64,000 nt of DNA from Eledone cirrhosa (Eukaryota). The stretch is from NCBI GenBank assembly GCA_964016885.1, contig OZ024745.1, forward strand, positions 82,646,001 to 82,710,000. The letters run 5' to 3'. Below the pieces are notes generated by a model, which saw nothing but the letters and a program-made list of their open reading frames with translations, searched no databases and was not told where the DNA came from. A program made the position numbers and the translations under genes. This document shows, piece by piece, positions 28,901 to 44,300 of this stretch; positions within the stretch are counted from its first letter, which is position 1, and the number at the start of each line of letters is the position of its first letter.

Positions 28901-31900
28901 CCCCTTTACCACCATTACAGTGTACAATGTAGCCTTACATAACCCCTTTACCACCATTAGAGTTTACAATGTAGTCTTACATAACCCCTTTACCATCATT
29001 ACAGTTGACAATGTAGTCTTACATAACCCCTTTACCACCATTAAAGTGGACAATGTAGTCTTACATAACCCCTTTACCACCATTACAGTGGACAATTTAG
29101 TCTTACATAACCCCTTTACCACCATTACAGTGGACAATGTAGTCTTACATAACCCCTTTACCACCATTACAGTGGAAAATGTAGTCTTACATAACCCCTT
29201 TACCACCATTACAGTGGACAATGTAGCCTTACATAACCCCTTTACCACCATTACAGTGGACAATGTAGTCTTACATAATCCCTTTACCACCATTACAGTG
29301 GACAATTTTGTCTTACATAGCCCCTTTACCACCATTACAGTGGACAGTGTAGCCTTACATAACCCCTTTACCACCATTACAGAGGACAGTGTAGCCTTAC
29401 ATAACCCCTTTACCACCATTACAGTGGACAATGTAGTCTTACATAACCCCTTTACCACCATTACAGTGCACAATGTAGTCTTACATAACCCCTTTACCAC
29501 CATTACAGTGGACAATGTAGTCTTACATAACCCCTTTACCACCATTACAGTGCACAATGTAGTCTTACATAACCCCTTTACCACCGTTACAGTGGACAAT
29601 GTAGTCTTACATAACCCCTTTACCACCATTACAATGGACAATGTAGTCTTACATAACCCCTTTACCACCATTACAATGGACAATGTAGTTTTTACATAAC
29701 CCCTTCATCACGATTACAGTGGACAATGTAGCCTTACATAACCCCTTTACCACTATTACAGTGGACAATGTAGTCTTACATAACCCCTTTACCACCATTA
29801 CAGTGGACAATTTTGTCTTACATAACCCCTTTACAACCATTACAGTAGACAATGTAGCCTTACATAACCCCTTTACAACCATTACAGTGGACAGTGTAGC
29901 CTTACATAACCCCTTTACCACCATTACAGTGGACAATGTAGTCTTACATAACCCCTTTACCACCATTACAGTGTACAATGTAGCCTTACATAACCCCTTT
30001 ACCACCATTAGAGTTTACAATGTAGTCTTACATAACCCCTTTACCATCATTACAGTTGACAATGTAATCTTACATAACCCCTTTACCACCATTACAGTGG
30101 ACAGTGTAGCCTTACATAACCCCTTTACCACCATTACAGTGGAAAATGTAGTCTTACATAACCCCTCTACCACCATTACAGTGGGTAATGTAGTCTTACA
30201 TAACCCCTTTACCACCATTAAAGTGGACAATGTAGTCTTACATAACCCCTTAACCACCATTACAGTGGACAATTTTGTCTTACATAACCCCTTTACCACC
30301 ATTACAGTGGACAGTGTAACCTTACATAACCCCTTTACCACCATTACATTGGACAATGTAGCCTTACATAACCCCTTTACCACCATTACAGTGGACAATG
30401 TAGTCTTACATAACCCCTTTACCACCATTACAGTGGACAATGTAGTCTTACATAACCCCTTTACCACCATTACAGTGGACAATTTAGTCTTACATAACCC
30501 CTTTACCACCATTACAGTTGACAATGTAGTCTTACATAACCCCTTTACCACCATTACAGTGGAAAATGTAGTCTTACATAACCCCTTTACCACCATTACA
30601 GTGGACAATGTAGCCTTACATAACCCCTTTACCACCATTACAGTGGACAATGTAGTCTTACATAATCCCTTTACCACCATTACAGTGGACAATTTTGTCT
30701 TACATAGCCCCTTTACCACCATTACAGTGGACAGTGTAGCCTTACATAACCCCTTTACCACCATTACAGTGGACAGTGTAGCCTTACATAACCCCTTTAC
30801 CACCATTACAGTGGACAATGTAGTCTTACATAACCCCTTTACCACCATTACAGTGCACAATGTAGTCTTACATAACCCCTTTACCACCATTACAGTGGAC
30901 AATGTAGTCTTACATAACCCCTTTACCACCATTACAGTGCACAATGTAGACTTACATAACCCCTTTCCACCATTACAGTGGACAATGTAGTCTTACATAA
31001 CCCCTTTACCACCATTACAATGGACAATGTAGTCTTACATAACCCCTTTACCACCATTACAATGGACAATGTAGTTTTTACATAACCCCTTTACCAGCAT
31101 TACAGTGGAAAATGTAATCTTACATAACCCCTTTATCACGATTACAGTGGACAATGTAGTCTTACATAACCCATTTACCACCATTACAGTGGACAATGTA
31201 GTCTTACATAACCCCTTTACCACCATTACAGTGGACAATGTAGCCTTACATAACCTCCTTACCACCATTACAGTGGGTAATGTAGTCTTACATAACCCCT
31301 TTACCACCATTACAGTGGACAATGTAGTCTTACATAACCCTTTTATCACCATTACAGTAGACAATGTAGCCTTACATAACCACTTTACCACCATTACAGT
31401 GGGTAATGTAGCCTTACATAACCTCTTTACCACCATTTCAGTGGGTAATGTAGCCTTACATAACCCATTTACCACCATTACAGAGGACAATGTAGTCTTA
31501 CATAACCCCTTTGCCACCATTACAGTGGACAATGTAGTCTTACATAACCCCTTTACCACCATTACAGTGGACAATGTAGTGTTACATAGCCCCTTTACCA
31601 CCATTACAGTGGACAATGTAGTCTTACATAACACATTTACCACCATTACAGTGGACAATGTAGCCTTACATAACCCCTTTACCACCGTTACAGTGGACAA
31701 TGTAGTCTTACATAACCCCTTTACCTCCATTATAGTGGACAATTTTGTCTTACATAACCCCTTTACCACCATTACAGTGGACATTGTAGCCTTACATAAC
31801 CCCTTTACCACCATTACAGTGGACAGTGTAGCCTTACATAACCCCATTACCACCATTACAGTGGACAATGTAGTCTTACATAACCCCTTTACCACCATTA

Positions 31901-34669
31901 CAGTGGACAATGTAGCCTTACATAACCCCTTTACCACCATTACAGTGGACAGTGTAGCCTTACATAACCCCTTTACCACCATTACAGTGGACAATGTAGT
32001 CTTACATAACCCCTTTACCACCATTACAGTTGACAATGTAGTCTTACATAACCCCTTTACCACTATTACAGTGGACAGTGTAGCCTTACATAACCCCTTT
32101 ACCACCAATACAGTGGACAGTGTAGCCTTACATAACCCCTCTACCACCATTACAGTGGGTAATGTAGTCTTACATAACCTCTTTACCACCATTACAGTGG
32201 ACAATGTAGTCTTACATAACCCCTCTACCACCATTACAGTGGACAATGTAGTCTTACATAACCCCTTTACCACCATTACAGTGGAAATGTAGTCTTACAT
32301 AACCCCTTTACCACCATTACAGTGGACAATGTAGCCTTACATAACCCCTTTACAACCATTACAGTGGACAGTGTAGCCTTACATAACCCCTTTACCACCA
32401 TTACAGTGGACAATGTAGTCTTACATAACCCCTTTACCACCATTACAGTTGACAATGTAGTCTTACATAACCCCTTTACCACCATTACAGTTGACAATGT
32501 AATCTTACATAACCCCTTTACCACCATTACAGTGGACAGTGTAGCCTTACATAACCCCTCTACCACCATTACAGTGGGTAATGTAGTCTTACATAACCCC
32601 TTTACCACCATTACAGTGGACAATGTAGTCTTACATAACCACTTTACCACCATTACAGTGGACAATGTAGTCTTACATGATCCCTTTACCACCATTACAG
32701 TGGACAATTTTGTCTTACATAGCCCCTTTACCACCATTACAGTGGACAGTGTAGCCTTACATAACCCCTTTACCACCATTACAGTGGACAGTGTAGCCTT
32801 ACATAACCCCTTTACCACCATTACAGTGGACAATGTAGTCTTACATAACCCCTTTACCACCATTACAGTGCACACTATAGTCTTACATAACCCCTTTACC
32901 ACCATTACAGTGGACAATGTAGTCTTACATAACCCCTTTACCACCATTACAGTGCACAATGTAGTCTTACATAACCCCTTTACCACCATTACAGTGGACA
33001 ATGTAGTCTTACATAACCCCTTTACCACCATTACAATGGACAATGTAGTCTTACATAACCCCTTTACCACCATTACAGTGGACAATGTAGTCTTACATAA
33101 CCCCTTTACCACCATTACAATGGACAATGTAGTTTTTACATAACCCCTTTACCAGCATTACAGTGGAAAATGTAATCTTACATAACCCCGTTATCACGAT
33201 TACAGTGGACAATGTAGTCTTACATAACCCATTTATCACCATTACAGTGGACAATGTAGCCTTACATAACCTCCTTACCACCATTACAGTGGACAATGTA
33301 GTCTTACATAACCCTTTTATCACCATTACAGTAGACAATGTAGCCTTACATAACCACTTTACCACCATTACAGTGGGTAATGTAGCCTTACATAACCTCT
33401 TTACCACCATTTCAGTGGGTAATGTAGCCTTACATAACCCCTTTACCACCATTACAGAGGACAATGTAGTCTTACATAACCCCTTTGCCACCATTACAGT
33501 GGACAATGTAGTCTTACATAACCCCTTTACCACCATTACAGTGGACAATGTAGTCTTACATAGCCCCTTTACCACCATTACAGTGGACAATGTAGTCTTA
33601 CATAACACATTTACCACCATTACAGTGAACAATGTAGCCTTACATAACCCCTTTACCACCGTTACAGTGGACAATGTAGTCTTACATAACCCCTTTACCT
33701 CCATTATATTGGACAATTTTGTCTTACATAACCCCTTTACCACCATTACAGTGGACAGTGTAGCCTTACATAACCCCTTTACCACCATTACAGTGGACAG
33801 TGTAGCCTTACATAACCCCTTTACCACCATTACAGTGGACAATGTAGTCTTACATAACCCCCTTACCACCATTACAGTGAACAATGTAGCCTTACATAAC
33901 CCCATTACCACCATTACAGTGGACAGTGTAGCCTTACATAACCCCTTTACCACCATTACAGTGGACAATGTAGTCTTACATAACCCCTTTACCACCATTA
34001 CAGTTGACAATGTAATCTTACATAACCCCTTTACCACTATTACAGTGGACAGTGTAGCCTTACATAACCCCTTTACCACCAATACAGTGGACAGTGTAGC
34101 CTTACATAACCCCTCTACCACCATTACAGTGGGTAATGTAGTCTTACATAACCTCTTTACCACCATTACAGTGGACAATGTAGTCTTACATAACCCCTCT
34201 ACCACTATTACAGTGGACAATGTAGTCTTACATAACCCCTTTACCACCATTACAGTGGAAATGTAGTCTTACATAACCCCTTTACCACCATTACAGTGGA
34301 CAATGTAGCCTTACATAACCCCTTTACAACCATTACAGTGGACAGTGTAGCCTTACATAACCCCTTTACCACCATTACAGTGGACAATGTAGTCTTACAT
34401 AACCCCTTTACCACCATTACAGTTGACAATGTAGTCTTACATAACCCCTTTACCACCATTACAGTTGACAATGTAATCTTACATAACCCCTTTACCACCA
34501 TTACAGTGGACAGTGTAGCCTTACATAACCCCTCTACCACCATTACAGTGGGTAATGTAGTCTTACATAACCCCTTTACCACCATTACAGTGGACAATGT
34601 AGTCTTACATAACCCCTTTACCACCATTACAGTTGACAATGTAGTCTTACATAACCCCTTTACCACCAT

Positions 34670-37600
34670 TACAGTTGACAATGTAATCTTACATAACCCC
34701 TTTACCACCATTACAGTGGACAGTGTAGCCTTACATAACCCCTCTACCACCATTACAGTGGGTAATGTAGTCTTACATAACCCCTTTACCACCATTACAG
34801 TGGACAATGTAGTCTTACATAACCCCTTTACCACCATTACAGTTGACAATGTAGTCTTACATAACCCCTTTACCACCATTACAGTTGACAATGTAATCTT
34901 ACATAACCCCTTTACTACCATTACAGTGGACAGTGTAGCCTTACATAATCCCTTTACCACCATTAAAGTGGACAATGTAGTCTTACATAACCCCTTTACC
35001 ACCATTACAGTGGACAGTGTAGCCTTACTTAAACCCTTTACAACCATTACAGTTGACAATGTGGTCTTACATAACCCCTTTACCACCATTACAATGGACA
35101 ATGTAGTCTAACATAACCCCTTTATCACCATTACAGTGGACAATGTAGCCTTACATAACCCCTTTACCACCATTACAATGGACAATGTAGTTTTTACATA
35201 ACCCCTTTACCAGCATTACAGTGGAAAATGTAATCTTACATAACCCCTTTATCACGATTACAGTGGACAATGTAGTCTTACATAACCCATTTACCACCAT
35301 TACAGTGGACAATGTAGTCTTACATAACCCCTTTACCACCATTACAGTGGACAATGTAGCCTTACATAACCTCCTTACCACCATTACAGTGGGTAATGTA
35401 GTCTTACATAACCCCTTTACCACCATTACAGTGGACAATGTAGTCTTACATAACCCTTTTATCACCATTACAGTAGACAATGTAGCCTTACATAACCACT
35501 TTACCACCATTACAGTCGGTAATGTAGCCTTACATAACCTCTTTACCACCATTTCAGTGGGTAATGTAGCCTTACATAACCCATTTACCACCATTACAGA
35601 GGACAATGTAGTCTTACATAACCCCTTTGCCACCATTACAGTGGACAATGTAGTCTTACATAACCCCTTTACCACCATTACAGTGGACAATGTAGTCTTA
35701 CATAGCCCCTTTACCACCATTACAGTGGACAATGTAGTCTTACATAACACATTTACCACCATTACAGTGGACAATGTAGCCTTACATAACCCCTTTACCA
35801 CCGTTACAGTGGACAATGTAGTCTTACATAACCCCTTTACCTCCATTATAGTGGACAATTTTGTCTTACATAACCCCTTTACCACCATTACAGTGGACAG
35901 TGTAGCCTTACATAACCCCTTTACCACCATTACAGTGGACAGTGTAGCCTTACATAACCCCATTACCACCATTACAGTGGACAATGTAGTCTTACATAAC
36001 CCCTTTACCACCATTACAGTGGACAATGTAGCCTTACATAACCCCTTTACCACCATTACAGTGGACAGTGTAGCCTTACATAACCCCTTTACCACCATTA
36101 CAGTGGACAATGTAGTCTTACATAACCCCTTTACCACCATTACAGTTGACAATGTAGTCTTACATAACCCCTTTACCACCATTACAGTTGACAATGTAAT
36201 CTTACATAACCCCTTTACCACTATTACAGTGGACAGCGTAGCCTTACATAACCCCTTTACCACCAATACAGTGGACAGTGTAGCCTTACATAACCCCTCT
36301 ACCACCATTACAGTGGGTAATGTAGTCTTACATAACCTCTTTACCACCATTACAGTGGACAATGTAGTCTTACATAACCCCTCTACCACCATTACAGTGG
36401 ACAATGTAGTATTACATAACCCCTTTACCACCATTACAGTGGAGAATGTAGCCTTACATAACCCCTTTACAACCATTACAGTGGACAGTGTAGCCTTACA
36501 TAACCCCTTTACCACCATTACAGTGGACAATGTAGTCTTACATAACCCCTTTACCACCATTACAGTTGACAATGTAGTCTTACATAACCCCTTTACCACC
36601 ATTACAGTTGACAATGTAATCTTACATAACCCCTTTACCACCATTACAGTGGACAGTGTAGCCTTACATAACCCCTCTACCACCATTACACTGGACAATG
36701 TAGTCTTACATAACCCCTTTATCACCATTACAGTGGACAATGTAGCCTTACATAACCCCTTTACCATAATTACAGTGGGTAATGCAGTCTTACATAACCC
36801 CTTTACTACCATTACAGTGGAAAATGTAATCTTACATAACCCCTTCATCACGATTACAGTGGACAATGTAGCCTTACATAACCCCTTTACCACTATTACA
36901 GTGAACAATGTAGTCTTACATAAACCCTTTACCACCATTACAGTGGACAATTTTGTCTTACATAACCCCTTTACAACCATTACAGTAGACAATGTAGCCT
37001 TACATAACCCCTTTACAACCATTACAGTGGACAGTGTAGCCTTACATAACCCCTTTACCACCATTACAGTGGACAATGTAGTCTTACATAACCCCTTTAC
37101 CACCATTACAGTGTACAATGTAGCCTTACATAACCCCTTTACCACCATTAGAGTTTACAATGTAGTCTTACATAACCCCTTTACCATCATTACAGTTGAC
37201 AATGTAATCTTACATAACCCCTTTACCACCATTACAGTGGACAGTGTAGCCTTACATAACCCCTTTACCACCATTACAGTGGAAAATGTAGTCTTACATA
37301 ACCCCTCTACCACCATTACAGTGGGTAATGTAGTCTTACATAACCCCTTTACCACCATTAAAGTGGACAATGTAGTCTTACATAACCCCTTAACCACCAT
37401 TACAGTGGACAATGTAGTCTTACATAACCCCTTTACCACCATTACAGTGGACAGTGTAGCCTTACATAACCCCTTTACCACCATTACATTGGACAATGTA
37501 GCCTTACATAACCCCTTTACCACCATTACAGTGGACAATGTAGTCTTACATAACCCCTTTACCACCATTAAAGTGGACAATGTAGTCTTACATAACCCCT

Positions 37601-40600
37601 TTACCACCATTACAGTGGACAATTTAGTCTTACATAACCCCTTTACCACCATTACAGTGGACAATGTAGTCTTACATAACCCCTTTACCACCATTACAGT
37701 GGAAAATGTAGTCTTACATAACCCCTTTACCACCATTACAGTGGACAATGTAGCCTTACATAACCCCTTTACCACCATTACAGTGGACAATGTAGTCTTA
37801 CATAATCCCTTTACCACCATTACAGTGGACAATTTTGTCTTACATAGCCCCTTTACCACCATTACAGTGGACAGTGTAGCCTTACATAACCCCTTTACCA
37901 CCATTACAGAGGACAGTGTAGCCTTACATAACCCCTTTACCACCATTACAGTGGACAATGTAGTCTTACATAACCCCTTTACCACCATTACAGTGCACAA
38001 TGTAGTCTTACATAACCCCTTTACCACCATTACAGTTGACAATGTAATCTTACATAACCCCTTTACCACCATTACAGTGGACAGTGTAGCCTTACATAAC
38101 CCCTCTACCACCATTACAGTGGGTAATGTAGTCTTACATAACCCCTTTACCACCATTACAGTGGACAATGTAGTCTTACATAACCCCTTTACCACCATTA
38201 CAGTTGACAATGTAGTCTTACATAACCCCTTTACCACCATTACAGTTGACAATGTAATCTTACATAACCCCTTTACTACCATTACAGTGGACAGTGTAGC
38301 CTTACATAATCCCTTTACCACCATTAAAGTGGACAATGTAGTCTTACATAACCCCTTTACCACCATTACAGTGGACAGTGTAGCCTTACTTAAACCCTTT
38401 ACAACCATTACAGTTGACAATGTGGTCTTACATAACCCCTTTACCACCATTACAATGGACAATGTAGTCTAACATAACCCCTTTATCACCATTACAGTGG
38501 ACAATGTAGCCTTACATAACCCCTTTACCACCATTACAATGGACAATGTAGTTTTTACATAACCCCTTTACCAGCATTACAGTGGAAAATGTAATCTTAC
38601 ATAACCCCTTTATCACGATTACAGTGGACAATGTAGTCTTACATAACCCATTTACCACCATTACAGTGGACAATGTAGTCTTACATAACCCCTTTACCAC
38701 CATTACAGTGGACAATGTAGCCTTACATAACCTCCTTACCACCATTACAGTGGGTAATGTAGTCTTACATAACCCCTTTACCACCATTACAGTGGACAAT
38801 GTAGTCTTACATAACCCTTTTATCACCATTACAGTAGACAATGTAGCCTTACATAACCACTTTACCTCCATTACAGTCGGTAATGTAGCCTTACATAACC
38901 TCTTTACCACCATTTCAGTGGGTAATGTAGCCTTACATAACCCATTTACCACCATTACAGAGGACAATGTAGTCTTACATAACCCCTTTGCCACCATTAC
39001 AGTGGACAATGTAGTCTTACATAACCCCTTTACCACCATTACAGTGGACAATGTAGTCTTACATAGCCCCTTTACCACCATTACAGTGGACAATGTAGTC
39101 TTACATAACACATTTACCACCATTACAGTGGACAATGTAGCCTTACATAACCCCTTTACCACCGTTACAGTGGACAATGTAGTCTTACATAACCCCTTTA
39201 CCTCCATTATAGTGGACAATTTTGTCTTACATAACCCCTTTACCACCATTACAGTGGACAGTGTAGCCTTACATAACCCCTTTACCACCATTACAGTGGA
39301 CAGTGTAGCCTTACATAACCCCATTACCACCATTACAGTGGACAATGTAGTCTTACATAACCCCTTTACCACCATTACAGTGGACAATGTAGCCTTACAT
39401 AACCCCTTTACCACCATTACAGTGGACAGTGTAGCCTTACATAACCCCTTTACCACCATTACAGTGGACAATGTAGTCTTACATAACCCCTTTACCACCA
39501 TTACAGTTGACAATGTAGTCTTACATAACCCCTTTACCACCATTACAGTTGACAATGTAATCTTACATAACCCCTTTACCACTATTACAGTGGACAGCGT
39601 AGCCTTACATAACCCCTTTACCACCAATACAGTGGACAGTGTAGCCTTACATAACCCCTCTACCACCATTACAGTGGGTAATGTAGTCTTACATAACCTC
39701 TTTACCACCATTACAGTGGACAATGTAGTCTTACATAACCCCTCTACCACCATTACAGTGGACAATGTAGTATTACATAACCCCTTTACCACCATTACAG
39801 TGGAGAATGTAGCCTTACATAACCCCTTTACAACCATTACAGTGGACAGTGTAGCCTTACATAACCCCTTTACCACCATTACAGTGGACAATGTAGTCTT
39901 ACATAACCCCTTTACCACCATTACAGTTGACAATGTAGTCTTACATAACCCCTTTACCACCATTACAGTTGACAATGTAATCTTACATAACCCCTTTACC
40001 ACCATTACAGTGGACAGTGTAGCCTTACATAACCCCTCTACCACCATTACACTGGACAATGTAGTCTTACATAACCCCTTTATCACCATTACAGTGGACA
40101 ATGTAGCCTTACATAACCCCTTTACCATAATTACAGTGGGTAATGCAGTCTTACATAACCCCTTTACTACCATTACAGTGGAAAATGTAATCTTACATAA
40201 CCCCTTCATCACGATTACAGTGGACAATGTAGCCTTACATAACCCCTTTACCACTATTACAGTGAACAATGTAGTCTTACATAAACGCTTTACCACCATT
40301 ACAGTGGACAATTTTGTCTTACATAACCCCTTTACAACCATTACAGTAGACAATGTAGCCTTACATAACCCCTTTACAACCATTACAGTGGACAGTGTAG
40401 CCTTACATAACCCCTTTACCACCATTACAGTGGACAATGTAGTCTTACATAACCCCTTTACCACCATTACAGTGTACAATGTAGCCTTACATAACCCCTT
40501 TACCACCATTAGAGTTTACAATGTAGTCTTACATAACCCCTTTACCATCATTACAGTTGACAATGTAATCTTACATAACCCCTTTACCACCATTACAGTG

Positions 40601-41390
40601 GACAGTGTAGCCTTACATAACCCCTTTACCACCATTACAGTGGAAAATGTAGTCTTACATAACCCCTCTACCACCATTACAGTGGGTAATGTAGTCTTAC
40701 ATAACCCCTTTACCACCATTAAAGTGGACAATGTAGTCTTACATAACCCCTTAACCACCATTACAGTGGACAATGTAGTCTTACATAACCCCTTTACCAC
40801 CATTACAGTGGACAGTGTAGCCTTACATAACCCCTTTACCACCATTACATTGGACAATGTAGCCTTACATAACCCCTTTACCACCATTACAGTGGACAAT
40901 GTAGTCTTACATAACCCCTTTACCACCATTAAAGTGGACAATGTAGTCTTACATAACCCCTTTACCACCATTACAGTGGACAATTTAGTCTTACATAACC
41001 CCTTTACCACCATTACAGTGGACAATGTAGTCTTACATAACCCCTTTACCACCATTACAGTGGAAAATGTAGTCTTACATAACCCCTTTACCACCATTAC
41101 AGTGGACAATGTAGCCTTACATAACCCCTTTACCACCATTACAGTGGACAATGTAGTCTTACATAATCCCTTTACCACCATTACAGTGGACAATTTTGTC
41201 TTACATAGCCCCTTTACCACCATTACAGTGGACAGTGTAGCCTTACATAACCCCTTTACCACCATTACAGAGGACAGTGTAGCCTTACATAACCCCTTTA
41301 CCACCATTACAGTGGACAATGTAGTCTTACATAACCCCTTTACCACCATTACAGTGCACAATGTAGTCTTACATAACCCCTTTACCACCA
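34670..41390. repeat. Direct tandem duplication of an 80-monomer (3,361 bp) unit, junction near 38030
   Basis: ORFs 35151..37148 and 38512..40509 have equal length and are near-identical. ACAGTCGGT at ~35513 and ~38874; GTCTAACAT at ~35106 and ~38467. Confidence 0.9.
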
Positions 41391-44300
41391 TTACAGTGGA
41401 CAATGTAGTCATACATAACCCCTTTACCACCATTACAGTGCACAATGTAGTCTTACATAACCCCTTTACCACCGTTACAGTGGACAATGTAGTCTTACAT
41501 AACCCCTTTACCACCATTACAATGGACAATGTAGTCTTACATAACCCCTTTACCACCATTACAATGGACAATGTAGTTTTTACATAACCCCTTCATCACG
41601 ATTACAGTGGACAATGTAGCCTTACATAACCCCTTTACCACTATTACAGTGGACAATGTAGTCTTACATAACCCCTTTACCACCATTACAGTGGACAATT
41701 TTGTCTTACATAACCCCTTTACAACCATTACAGTAGACAATGTAGCCTTACATAACCCCTTTACAACCATTACAGTGGACAGTGTAGCCTTACATAACCC
41801 CTTTACCACCATTACAGTGGACAATGTAGTCTTACATAACCCCTTTACCACCATTACAGTGTACAATGTAGCCTTACATAACCCCTTTACCACCATTAGA
41901 GTTTACAATGTAGTCTTACATAACCCCTTTACAATCATTACAGTTGACAATGTAATCTTACATAACCCCTTTACCACCATTACAGTGGACAGTGTAGCCT
42001 TACATAACCCCTTTACCACCATTACAGTGGAAAATGTAGTCTTACATAACCCCTCTACCACCATTACAGTGGGTACTGTAGTCTTACATAACCCCTTTAC
42101 CACCATTAAAGTGGACAATGTAGTCTTACATAACCCCTTAACCACCATTACAGTGGACAATTTTGTCTTACATAACCCCTTTACCACCATTACAGTGGAC
42201 AGTGTAACCTTACATAACCCCTTTACCACCATTACATTGGACAATGTAGCCTTACATAACCCCTTTACCACCATTACAGTGGACAATGTAGTCTTACATA
42301 ACCCCTTTACCACCATTACAGTGGACAATGTAGTCTTACATAACCCCTTTACCACCATTACAGTGGACAATTTAGTCTTACATAACCCCTTTACCACCAT
42401 TACAGTTGACAATGTAGTCTTACATAACCCCTTTACCACCATTACAGTGGAAAATGTAGTCTTACATAACCCCTTTACCACCATTACAGTGGACAATGTA
42501 GCCTTACATAACCCCTTTACCACCATTACAGTGGACAATGTAGTCTTACATAATCCCTTTACCACCATTACAGTGGACAATTTTGTCTTACATAGCCCCT
42601 TTACCACCATTACAGTGGACAGTGTAGCCTTACATAACCCCTTTACCACCATTACAGTGGACAGTGTAGCCTTACATAACCCCTTTACCACCATTACAGT
42701 GGACAATGTAGTCTTACATAACCCCTTTACCACCATTACAGTGCACAATGTAGTCTTACATAACCCCTTTACCACCATTACAGTGGACAATGTAGTCTTA
42801 CATAACCCCTTTACCACCATTACAGTGCACAATGTAGACTTACATAACCCCTTTCCACCATTACAGTGGACAATGTAGTCTTACATAACCCCTTTACCAC
42901 CATTACAATGGACAATGTAGTCTTACATAACCCCTTTACCACCATTACAATGGACAATGTAGTTTTTACATAACCCCTTTACCAGCATTACAGTGGAAAA
43001 TGTAATCTTACATAACCCCTTTATCACGATTACAGTGGACAATGTAGTCTTACATAACCCATTTACCACCATTACAGTGGACAATGTAGTCTTACATAAC
43101 CCCTTTACCACCATTACAGTGGACAATGTAGCCTTACATAACCTCCTTACCACCATTACAGTGGGTAATGTAGTCTTACATAACCCCTTTACCACCATTA
43201 CAGTGGACAATGTAGTCTTACATAACCCTTTTATCACCATTACAGTAGACAATGTAGCCTTACATAACCACTTTACCACCATTACAGTGGGTAATGTAGC
43301 CTTACATAACCTCTTTACCACCATTTCAGTGGGTAATGTAGCCTTACATAACCCATTTACCACCATTACAGAGGACAATGTAGTCTTACATAACCCCTTT
43401 GCCACCATTACAGTGGACAATGTAGTCTTACATAACCCCTTTACCACCATTACAGTGGACAATGTAGTCTTACATAGCCCCTTTACCACCATTACAGTGG
43501 ACAATGTAGTCTTACATAACACATTTACCACCATTACAGTGGACAATGTAGCCTTACATAACCCCTTTACCACCGTTACAGTGGACAATGTAGTCTTACA
43601 TAACCCCTTTACCTCCATTATAGTGGACAATTTTGTCTTACATAACCCCTTTACCACCATTACAGTGGACAGTGTAGCCTTACATAACCCCTTTACCACC
43701 ATTACAGTGGACAGTGTAGCCTTACACAACCCCATTACCACCATTACAGTGGACAATGTAGTCTTACATAACCCCTTTACCACCATTACAGTGGACAATG
43801 TAGCCTTACATAACCCCTTTACCACCATTACAGTGGACAGTGTAGCCTTACATAACCCCTTTACCACCATTACAGTGGACAATGTAGTCTTACATAACCC
43901 CTTTACCACCATTACAGTTGACAATGTAGTCTTACATAACCCCTTTACCACCATTACAGTTGACAATGTAATCTTACATAACCCCTTTACCACTATTACA
44001 GTGGACAGTGTAGCCTTACATAACCCCTTTACCACCAATACAGTGGACAGTGTAGCCTTACATAACCCCTTTACCACCATTACAGTGGACAGTGTAGCCT
44101 TACATAACCCCATTACCACCATTACAGTGGACAATGTCGTCTTACATAACACATTTACCACCATTACAGTGGACAATGTAGCCTTACATAACCCCTTTAC
44201 CACCATTACAGTGGGTAATGTAGTCTTACATAACCTCTTTACCACCATTACAGTGGACAATGTAGTCTTACATAACCCCTCTACCACCATTACAGTGGAC